Origin: a virus | Taxonomy: Duplodnaviria; Caudoviricetes | Length of the DNA stretch: 64,000 nucleotides | Virus record (IMG/VR): IMGVR_UViG_3300033072_000306 | Span: 1-64,000 of that record | Reading direction: 5' to 3' (one strand) | In this document: in pieces, positions 51,050 to 61,300 of the stretch | Layout: each line of letters begins with the position of its first letter | How positions within the stretch are numbered: the stretch's first letter is position 1 | Made by a program: the position numbers and the translations under genes | The notes under the pieces: model-generated | What the model was told of the DNA's origin: nothing | Databases searched by the model: none | What the model saw: only the letters and a program-made list of their open reading frames with translations

Positions 51050-52804
51050 TTAAAAAGGAATTTCATCCTCATCGTCATCCACGATCACAACACTTTTCTT
51101 AATACTGGCTGTGTTAGCAACCTCTGTTGTTTCATCATCGTAAAGTTGAATAGACCAATCCACATCATTTAAAGAGAATACATCAGCAATTCCTAAATCA
51201 CCAAACTCACGATTCTTTAAGATACCCCAACGTACACGCCCACGTTTCTTATTAGGAAGATACTCTCGTTCCAAACTTAAAACATTCCATGAAAGTTGCT
51301 CTAAACCACCTGAACCACGTAGATGCGATAAAGAGATACTGTTCCAGAATGGCTCATCTTCCTTGCCTTTTGGCGGTGTTACACTGCTTCCTTGACGATT
51401 TAAATGTACAACAAGAATAATTCCAATATCATTAGCTGCACAGAATGCTGCAAGCTCAGTCATAACAATATCAATCTCTTTACGTTCATCTTTAATATCA
51501 CTTCCAGAGATAACCATAGATAAATGATCTAGGACGATATAATCACACTTCTCAATAAAGTACATGTGCTTAACTTTCGCCATTAACTCTTTAATAGGCA
51601 TTGAGCCAAAGTGATCTAAGAAGATAATATTGTCACGCTTACACAAGTCATTATACACTCTAGTAATATCTTCTTGTGAAGCCACAGCTAAAGGATTTCG
51701 CTTATACTCTCGGTAAGACACTTTCAACTCTGCTGCGATACTACGCTGTAGAGTCTTAGTTGCTGTTTCCTCAAGATAGATTGTCCCAGCTTTATAACCT
51801 TGATCACGAATATCATCGCAAATCTTTGATACTGCTGTAGTTTTTCCTGCACCACTGCTCGCACTGATGATAGTTAATTCACGTTTACGAAATCCTCCAA
51901 GCATTTCATTAAGTTTAGGGAAGCAATCTACTTGAACACCAAGCTCAAGAGGTCGCATAACATCCTCTAAAGAAATATCGCTAACATGAAGAATCTTCTC
52001 AGTCACTAAAGGCTTACGCTCAAACTGTACTAACTTTGCAAGCGAGTTTGATGCTTCGGCTAAATCCTTGAAAACACCTTTATGATCTTGCAGATAATCG
52101 CTTGCATCCTTATACCCATGCAAAGGCTGAATACTGAATAACTCAATACTGCCAATGAAAGCTCCAGAGACCTCCTCACGAGCTTCCTTACCTTTTAGAA
52201 CGCCTTTCTTTAACTCTGCTGGTGTAGCGTAATCATCATCAAAGAAGATCGTCATACTGTCGAATGATTGGACAAATTCTTTATTGTGCAACAAAGCCTC
52301 TGTAGCATTCTTAGTGCCTAAAGGGATTGAAACAACAAATGGCTCTTGACCTTCGTATTTAGTCCCCTCTAAACTGTCCAATTGGGCTTGATAAACAGAT
52401 AAGCAATCCCATTGACCTTCTGTAACAGTGAAGTTTGTGTGCTTACGATTAATAGTCTCAGCAACGTCTTGACCAAAAAGCTTATTGCCAATCCCAACCT
52501 TACCAACAGCAGTCCAATGAAAATCTTCATCTTTACGCTTAGTTAGGTCTTGCTTCATAAATCCTGTAACTTCACCTTTATTGTTATAGGATGGAAAATA
52601 AAATGCTGTTGGTGTTTTCCCATCTAGCTCTGATACAGATGAACGAACACCGAATTTCTCTAAAGTATCCTTTCGGATTCCACGTTCACGAAAACCTTTG
52701 AATGGATACTTTAGAACATCTTCGATAGTTTCTTTTGGTGTATTCATTTCACCATCTTTACTTGTTGACACGTAATCTCCTTTAATCTTTTTGAAGTAAC
52801 CCAC
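51050..52804 (-). CDS. primase-helicase (T7 gp4-like, TOPRIM + DnaB)
   Basis: TEGQWD, FFDDD, KDASD, ASSGAGKT, LDHLS, VHLNR, LRGSG.LEQ, KNR. Confidence 0.95.
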   Translation of the reverse strand: MGYFKKIKGDYVSTSKDGEMNTPKETIEDVLKYPFKGFRERGIRKDTLEKFGVRSSVSELDGKTPTAFYFPSYNNKGEVTGFMKQDLTKRKDEDFHWTAVGKVGIGNKLFGQDVAETINRKHTNFTVTEGQWDCLSVYQAQLDSLEGTKYEGQEPFVVSIPLGTKNATEALLHNKEFVQSFDSMTIFFDDDYATPAELKKGVLKGKEAREEVSGAFIGSIELFSIQPLHGYKDASDYLQDHKGVFKDLAEASNSLAKLVQFERKPLVTEKILHVSDISLEDVMRPLELGVQVDCFPKLNEMLGGFRKRELTIISASSGAGKTTAVSKICDDIRDQGYKAGTIYLEETATKTLQRSIAAELKVSYREYKRNPLAVASQEDITRVYNDLCKRDNIIFLDHFGSMPIKELMAKVKHMYFIEKCDYIVLDHLSMVISGSDIKDERKEIDIVMTELAAFCAANDIGIILVVHLNRQGSSVTPPKGKEDEPFWNSISLSHLRGSGGLEQLSWNVLSLEREYLPNKKRGRVRWGILKNREFGDLGIADVFSLNDVDWSIQLYDDETTEVANTASIKKSVVIVDDDEDEIPF

Positions 52805-52990
52805 AAATCAAACCCCTATTCAAACCCCATCTTCCCAAATCTCATAAGTTTCTTCTACAGTGTAACCTCGCTCCCAATACTTCTTAACAACACTTACATC
52901 GTCAATATCCATATTGTTAAAATCACACAACTCTAAAAACTTCTTTTTAAACTCTGTCCATTTCATTAGTATTCACCACTCCCAAAAATA

Positions 52991-55236
52991 TTAATCTATA
53001 AAAACTGTACCATACACACATGAATCAAAATTGTCAATAATTCGATTACGCATATCATCACCAATAAACTTTAACCCATACTCAGGTGAATCGTTATTAA
53101 ATCGCTTCCAAAAATAAGGGTGTACAAAGAACTTCAAAGGAACATCTTCACCATTCGTCAACATTACATCATTAACTACGAAATGATTATTTACTATATT
53201 ACCAAAGGGTAGTTTACAAACAGCCTTATCATTAAAAACATCAACTTTATGTAACTTACCTTCAAACAAAATGTAAGCTGAACTTGGGAAAACCTCAATA
53301 TCTTCGTAGAATAAATCCATGCAATTCTTAACACCATTTATAAATTTACCGTTAAGAATATTACTAAATTCATTAACATCCTCAATAATCATTAATAACA
53401 CCCTCTCCCAAAAATATACGGTTGAAAATCTTCACTCTTGTTAAGCATATTATACAACTCAGAATACATAGTCAAGCTTAAATGTATATCACGGTCAACA
53501 CATTTATCATCTTTTAACTTATTCTCAGCAATATTAATGTATTGTAAGAGTTGTGTTTGAATACCTACGCCTGTATATGTCCAACAAGGAGACATCTTAT
53601 ACGTTGATTTCTTTTTCCACCAGAACATGCCTTTGTAACATTCATACTCTTTATCATCTTCACCATTATAGTTTTGATGTTGCTCTAGACAAATAACAGA
53701 AACACGTAGAAGTTCTTCTGGTGATATATTTACAAATCCATTCACTTAATCAATCTCCCGTTCATTTCATAGATATCCTAATATAAGTTACACATTGTTA
53801 ATATAAGTTTTCTGAATACAACGTACCACCATCTGAATCATCACCACCAACTCTTCGAACAATTTGTTTCTGCTCTACAGCTATTTTCCAAGCTTCTTGA
53901 CGGTCTACAAATTTACCTTTAGACGTTACGAAGCCCTGTTTCATGTATTTATCATGTAGACGAACATTATAACTGTTTGTAGAAAAATCATACATAGAAT
54001 ACATATCGTCTGATCCATGTCGGATTCCACAAATAATTACATTATCTGCTTGATAATAAATTGCAGCAGATACAATCCGTTCTGGTGGGTCATAATCACT
54101 ACCACTTGGTAAGTTATCTATATATTCACTCATTAGTTGCTCCTATATCTTCAACACTTAACTTGTAAAAATCCAAATACACCCTATCTCATCACCAGCT
54201 CGTAATTCAATTGGTGCTACATCATCATTCTTAACAACAATTAAAGGTTTACCTTTCCAGTTTGCAGGGAATGGAGTAAACACCTTCTGTTGCAACCCTT
54301 TCTTAGCTAAACACTTACGAAGATAAAACTTCCCATAGCATTGCTTACCAAGATCACTATGAATGTGTACATCTTCATTAACCTCAACTTCAACTACACT
54401 CCCAACAGGAATCTCACAACGATTCTTTACAGTTAGTTTTTCAATTTTATACATCTCCAACTCCTCTAGAAATAACCTTAATGTTATTGATCAATATTAA
54501 ATCATTGGAAACTATTTTGCAATACTTAGAACAACTCCAATTAGGATTATTTGAAATCACTCTTGAGAAATACTCGTGATCAACTTTAGGAATATAAATT
54601 TTAATTTTATTCGCATCAACACCTAGTCGTGTAGCACTACCACTAATTTGTAGTATTGCTTCTTGAATGTTCTTCATCTCAACTTCTTCTGAAATATTAA
54701 TTTCCATTATTTATTCTCCAATACCAAGCACCACAAATATCCATAGTGATCATCAACAAAATCCGAGAAAGCTTTTAGTCCACCTCGATCATCATAGAAT
54801 ACATAATGGTCATATCGTTTAACAACTTCATATTCTTTGTTTAAACTTATCCACCTATCTGTTTTAAGTGAATTAAAAATCTTAAAAGGTTTTATTTTCA
54901 TTTATACATCTCCAATTAAACATGCAAAGATTCTAACTCTTTCTTAACATTGTTGTCAACACATCCCCACAACATAATAAACATGTAACTAGAAGCTCTC
55001 ATACGCTCTATAGCACCATCTTTAGTAGTTTCCTTAGTGAATGTACCTAGTGTCTCAATAACAGCCCAGAATAAGCTCTCAGGGGCATTTATGAGCATGT
55101 TTAGTTGCATGTTATAAGCAACCTTAATATCTTCTGTATGCATCCCCATAGCCATTTGTGCTTGTCCTGATAATAATTGCTGTCGCATCATTTTGAATTG
55201 CTCAACAATGTTTGACTCTAATACTGGTAAATTCAT
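52991..55236 (-). other. hypothetical CDSs 52991-53401, 53392-53745, 53798-54133, 54447-54707, 54707-54901, 54916-55236
   Basis: ORF track. Confidence 0.55.
54158..54460 (-). CDS. trimeric dUTPase/dCTP-deaminase-fold protein with degenerate active site
   Basis: IP.G..V.V...YG...LRKCLAKKGL...PANWKG...VKN...IEL.AGDEIG. Confidence 0.65.
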   Translation of the reverse strand: MEMYKIEKLTVKNRCEIPVGSVVEVEVNEDVHIHSDLGKQCYGKFYLRKCLAKKGLQQKVFTPFPANWKGKPLIVVKNDDVAPIELRAGDEIGCIWIFTS

Positions 55237-55342
55237 ATTTCCTATTCCTCGTGTTTATGCAATGATAAGCTTATACCAAATCTTAACTTAAAGCAATTAT
55301 ACCGAATATAGGAGAATACCCCTCCCCGTACTTTCTAATTTA

Positions 55343-56083
55343 CTAAACACTATCATGCACTTTATCAGGGTAGAAAAAGTTTTTGTGGTACTCACTCATA
55401 TCAGACTTAGTCAACACTCGAAACATTTCAGGGGTTAGATCAACCATGTTCTCAAACTTTTGTGTAAACGAAATATATGATGGTGTATAACCAGTGCCAG
55501 TTACAATTTCAATAAAACCCAAATCACCAAGAAACTTTGTCCATTTAACCAAAATACTATGTGATGTAAATTTAACAATGTCTTCACCACCTGTACCAAG
55601 TATAAACTTAAGATGACTGCAATTTTGAGATTTTAAGTAGATATAGTTGTAAAGCCAAAAACCCACAATCTTATAAGAAATGTCAAAGTCTTTTTTCTTT
55701 AAGGTAATATCTTCTTGTATCTTATTTACTGTCTTTTTAAGAGTGCTAGAAACACCTTTAAAATCTTTACTTACCAACCCTGCACAAATCATAGAATTTT
55801 TATTGGTCTCTATAAACAATGCTATATCGTCTACACCTGAGTAAAATTCTGTTTTACCACATATATTCTCTGGGAAAACCACTGAAATGTGCTTGAACTT
55901 TTCATGGACGAGAAGTTCTAAGTACAAACAAATTTCATCATCTAGCTCCCAAACCTTCACTATTTCGTAGTTATACTTTTTGAACCTTTTAAATCTGTTT
56001 GTAATCTTGTCTAATCCTGTTTGCCCAACCTTGTAGTAGGTTTTTCCATTTAGACTTAACTTAACAATATAAATATTTTTCAT
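55343..56083 (-). CDS. GIY-YIG/T5orf172-like nuclease domain fused to putative winged helix
   Basis: IYIV...YKVGQT...RF...LE..VH...GKTEFY; C-terminal L..LGFIE. Confidence 0.65.
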   Translation of the reverse strand: MKNIYIVKLSLNGKTYYKVGQTGLDKITNRFKRFKKYNYEIVKVWELDDEICLYLELLVHEKFKHISVVFPENICGKTEFYSGVDDIALFIETNKNSMICAGLVSKDFKGVSSTLKKTVNKIQEDITLKKKDFDISYKIVGFWLYNYIYLKSQNCSHLKFILGTGGEDIVKFTSHSILVKWTKFLGDLGFIEIVTGTGYTPSYISFTQKFENMVDLTPEMFRVLTKSDMSEYHKNFFYPDKVHDSV

Positions 56084-56253
56084 TCTTTAACAACCTCCAT
56101 TTCAAATTCTTTAAAATTTAAACTTACCACAAACATCGAGAAAGTACAACACAATAATAAATCTTCGTAAACTCAACAAACAACTAAATCTATAATTTAC
56201 AAAACTATTTTTCATCATTTTACTCCTATTTACAAATATAAACAAAATATTTC

Positions 56254-56282
56254 TTGCATTAAGACTTGACAAGATGTATAGT
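56254..56282 (+). promoter_or_regulatory. possible antisense sigma70 promoter
   Basis: TTGCAT-17nt-TATAGT on + strand inside the minus-strand arm. Confidence 0.4.
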
Positions 56283-56428
56283 ACACCTTTCTTTTTACTC
56301 TTTTTCTTTTAAACGATAATGTGTTAGCATTAATATCAATCTTTAGATTGTTACGAATAACTGTTAAGTTATTTGGGATTATAAATAATACTATAAAATA
56401 AATTTATAAACAATACTTAAACACATAT

Positions 56429-56963
56429 TCATACTACTCTTACTGTCATAATACTGATGTAGCAGATTAATATATAAGATAAACAATCTTCTAAATATCC
56501 TTCCAATATGTCATCAGACAATTCTTTAAGTGTATTAGATTCTTCGTTAGCATAGAAATCTGTACACTCCTCAATCTTCTTCAAGACAAACTCTTCGTTC
56601 ACTGTTACTTGTAATCTAGCTTTCATTACATTTCTCAACCAACTCTATAGCTTGTTTCAAAACATCATCTTCAATCAACCGATCTCCACACTCAATGCCT
56701 CCAGTAAAACCTTCTTTATAAAGTGCTACCCTTGCTTGAAATAAACCTTCAAAACTTTCAACTAACTCAAACGCTTCAATGATTTGTTTTAGGTCTTCAC
56801 TATCTACACACTCGTATTTATCATTTTTTGAATCATAAAATAAGACTTCACTTAATTTACACCCTTGTGACTTGTTGTGTAAGTTCACAGCAACAGCCTT
56901 ACCATACTTCTTCACAAACTCGATTGCATCCATCTTAAAACCCTCTCTATCAATAATCTTCAA
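56429..56963 (-). other. hypothetical CDSs 56429-~56627, 56616-56963
   Basis: ORF track. Confidence 0.5.
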
Positions 56964-57047
56964 CGAAATGTTGTTGATTCATTTTCATACTATACAACTT
57001 CTCTTGATCGTCTGTAAACCCCTCTCAAAAAATTTATCTTCATTAAA

Positions 57048-57800
57048 TCAGACATTATTGTTTCTGTTATTACCCTTCATTCTTAGTATCTTAGCAAGAG
57101 ATGGGTTGCTTAACAAGTGTTCAGGAATACCTTTTGTTGCATTGGGGTTTCCTGTCATACCATCTTCCCAACCTTTAATCATACTCTTAGGGATGAATGG
57201 TTCTTTATTCAGTTGCTCATCAAGACGTTTCTGTTTCATGTGTTCAGCGTATTGATTTCTTGGAATCCAAGCTTGTCTCTTAGGTTGCCGTATAACACTC
57301 TCATTGCTCTTTACAGCGTTGTTTTGTTGTTCAGGTACATACGTACCACCTACATCTGTATTCGAGCTATTAGGTGATGTTTTTAAGCTATCACGTACAT
57401 GTTCAATATTACTTTTAACTTCTTTTACTGTTTCATTAATTGTTTCTTTTGTTTCAGAAGAAATTTGTTTACCTTTAACAGCTACAGACAACAACATCTT
57501 CTTACCTTTACTTGTTAAAGAGTAGTGTGTTGTACGATCAAACTTATTGAAAGGGTTGCGAGATAAAGTAATTAACCCCTTGTCCAACAACTTCTGTTTA
57601 GCACGTTGTACTTGTGATATAGATACAGCTTCATCTAAGTCTAAAGATAACTCTTTATTTGAACGATAAACAACATCTACAGATTGTGTCTGCATCCAAT
57701 AGCAAATATGTTGAAAAACCATTGCTGCCATAGCACCAACTTCTTTAGCAACGACAGGGTTTACAAGTTTAAGCATCACTTTTGATGTTTCTTTTAACAT
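57048..57800 (-). CDS. replication-initiator-like winged-helix protein
   Basis: A...G..AA.VFQ.I.YW...Y.S..EL...S.SQV.RA..KL...GLI...DRT..Y.L. Confidence 0.65.
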   Translation of the reverse strand: MLKETSKVMLKLVNPVVAKEVGAMAAMVFQHICYWMQTQSVDVVYRSNKELSLDLDEAVSISQVQRAKQKLLDKGLITLSRNPFNKFDRTTHYSLTSKGKKMLLSVAVKGKQISSETKETINETVKEVKSNIEHVRDSLKTSPNSSNTDVGGTYVPEQQNNAVKSNESVIRQPKRQAWIPRNQYAEHMKQKRLDEQLNKEPFIPKSMIKGWEDGMTGNPNATKGIPEHLLSNPSLAKILRMKGNNRNNNV

Positions 57801-58125
57801 GACTGAGATTTTCTCCTAGAATCAAAACAACGTAGACATGGTAAGTGAAAAACAATTTCTTTTCAACATAGTTTTAAAATTAATATTTAATTAATCTATT
57901 ATTTTAATTTTATTATAGAAGAAAAATCACTTTTATACACTCGATAGATTTATACCGTTCTAGATAAATTCAATATCGAAAAATGCGTAGTTGTTGGTAT
58001 TCTAGAAAGTTATACACAACATGAGTTATGAATCCATAATGAAGAAAAACTTGTTTATTTAAATTAAAGGAAATAAAAAAAAACTTTCTCATAGGTGAAG
58101 AAAAAACTTTCTTGCAGACATAAGA

Positions 58126-58157
58126 AAACCCACTCCATCCTGAGACGAAGTGGGTTT
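58126..58157 (-). terminator. terminator after tailspike
   Basis: AAACCCACT...AGTGGGTTT followed by TCTT. Confidence 0.6.
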
Positions 58158-58367
58158 AAATGGTTTTTAGGTTTTAATCAAGATGTAAATACAAAGATCA
58201 TCACAAAGACCTCTATATTTTTCTCTATAGATTCTAGTAGTGATTTCAATTTAAACACCTGTATCAGTTTTAATGATGATAGTATTTTATAATGAATAAT
58301 AAAAACCCAAGCCGAAGATCATGATGTTGTAAATCTAATTAAAGATCAGGGCTCGTGGTTTGTTGTG

Positions 58368-61300
58368 TTATCTCATACGCAATCGACCTATTACCCAACA
58401 AGTACCGCTTGAGAATCGTGGATCAACACGTTTCTGCAACAAGAAACGCTCTTTTGGTAAAGCATAGGCATAGCTCGATGTTCTGCCTGATGTGTTGCTA
58501 TATTCATTCTTATCTGACCAAATACGTGAGAAGTTCACCCCATCATAAGTAATGAGAACACCATCTGGGTTATCACCGTAGCTACCAAGTAAATCTGAAC
58601 CTAAAAATATGGTTACAGGTAGATTATCGTTATGTCGCCAAAACTGAGCAGGATAATACGCCAAGCCTGCATGCAAATATAAAGCCATGTCGGTTAATGT
58701 TGCCTGATCTTTTGAGACCCTTGCACGTCTTGCGATGTAGCTTGGATTACAATCAGAACCGAACAAAATACAGTCTTGCATTGGGTAAACAGAGATATGC
58801 TGCTCGTTGTGCTTATTTGGTTGAATCAAGTCACGTGGCTCAATGTGCCAGACTGGGTTAGCATCCTGTGGGTTGTCGCACCACAAGATTTTACCAACAG
58901 CTTGACTATCAAACGGGTAATCACCCATTACCACCCATACACGATTCCACCACTTATCCCAAGCGCAACCATGAATGTGTGAACTTGCTGTAGCTGTAGC
59001 ACCAAAGATCGTCTGATTTTCAAGATCAAGAATTGTCTTGTATGTTCGCCCATGATCGTTAGAGAAGTTAATTTTACCTTGACCATAGTTCGGTGCAGCA
59101 GAATAACCACCTGCAAGCACAATATTATCCTGAACATCGAACAGCCAACCTGAAAGCAACCCACCTACTGTATTCACATAACCAGTTGCAGCAACCAAAG
59201 CAGACCCATTAACAGGAAGATATTTAGCTTCACTACTACTTGCACAGATTAACGAACCATCCCCTGCAACACGACCATACATATTTGAAGCAAATCCAGA
59301 TGCGATTGGGACTAGATCAGAACCATCGAAAGTACCTCGATATTCCCCTGAACCTGCATCAAGCGTAACCGCTGAGATACGAGAATATAAATCATCTACA
59401 GTTGTTTTATAGATGTTTGTGTTCGCAGTATTTCGCAAGTAGACGCTATCGTCTGAATCAATCGTGATGATTTCAAAACCACTTGCATCAATGTACTTCG
59501 TTCCTATCAACTTGTTCGGCAGACTATCACGACCACCAATAAGCTTAAAATCATTGATAGTTGCAGGAGAATCAACATCAGGAACAAATACTTGACGACC
59601 AGTTGTAAATGCACCGCTTACAGGGTTTTGCAACGCATCATATACACGATCTCGGCTCGGCATACCTGTTTCAGCAACCGTATCTACAGCATAAACAATG
59701 TGCTTGATGTTTTGATATGGAAGCTTTGCAGTAAGTACAGGGCGTTCAATTTTTAAAGAACCTGTTGCGGTGTTGGCTTGATGAAATGTAATAGAAACGC
59801 CAGTAATATCAACATTTGATGGGTTTTTAGCACTTAATGGAATTAAATACTCGGTAAAATCACCGTTGTTCTTCATCGGCACAGGGGATGATAATTCCTG
59901 TGTAACCGTTCCACCGATTTTATAAACAAGATAAGCAGTAACAGTGTCAATTGATGGACTGGAAAGCATTACACTTAAATACCCACCTTTACCCAAAAAA
60001 CTATCTGGATAATCAAAATTGAAAGTAGCTCCTTGACCACGAGTAGCAGTAGTATCTGTCGCTGGAACCTCCAACACCCAGTCACCGTTTTCATTGAGAT
60101 AACGGCTGTACGCAACTGCATTACCAACCGTATCGTAACCGTTGAGTTTTGGATAAGGGAATAAACTAACCTGCGTACCTGTAGCGTCTAGCGCATTTAC
60201 AGTAGTGATTTTTGAGTAGCTATAAACTTTCTGCTTACTGATAATTAGATCAGTGATACTTAGCGTTGCATCCACTGTTGTGCTAAATGAGATAACAATT
60301 CGATCCGCATCTGTAGCAACGGTGGCTGGTATATTGGTATATAGGTTTGAGCCATCAGTCAGTGTTGTTGTGAATCCACTACTAGATATGACTGAACCAT
60401 TAGCTCTGACTTGTGATGTTGTGACTGTTGCAGCACCTCCACCCTTTAATACATTCCCCTTAAAGTTTATGTAAACAACATCACCAGTAACCAACCCCAT
60501 TTCAGAAACGTATTGTCGCAATAGTGCGGATGCAGCACCACTTAATGCAACACTATTATCAGTCCAAACTGCATTTGTTTTTAAAGATAAAAGGTTTAAT
60601 TTTGGATGTGTCGCAAGGTTGGTGACACTATCATCCACCAAATCTGAAACAGTGGTTGGTAATTTAATCGGTGCAGCTCGTTTGCTCTGCATTACAGGAT
60701 CGTAACTCAATACAAGCCGATCAATAGAAATTGCATCTGTACGAATTGCAGAGATACTGACTTGCACTTGCTTAATTGCTTTTCCGAAGTCAACACTGGA
60801 ACTAAATTCCAAACCATTGGTTGCAGTTGTATATACATCACGTGTAATTCCAGAAGTACCATCTGTTGGCGTACCAACCAAGCGGATACGCATATCACGA
60901 TTCGCCAGTTGATTTACAAGCATTGAGAAATATAACACCTGTTTATCGGCAATCGGTAATATGTGACTAAAGGTTGATCCAGCGTTAATAGTTATGCGTT
61001 CGCCTGAGTAAGTCACACCACTTAAAGTAGGAAGATGCTCAAAACGAGGGAATATATTTGTTTTAACTGCTGAACGCAAAATCTCATCTTCTATACGCTC
61101 AAAACGTGTAAATCCGCTTGTCGGCTCAAAATCACCAACATACACATCAGAAATAGTTAAAACTGCACCACCAGTAGCTTCTGGATTTACTATGATTGCA
61201 TCAATATCATTAGGGTTTACTGCTGATATATTTACATCCACAAGCTTAAACCAACCTGTAGTACCATTTGGGATGTTGTAGTAGTTAGAATGTACATTTG

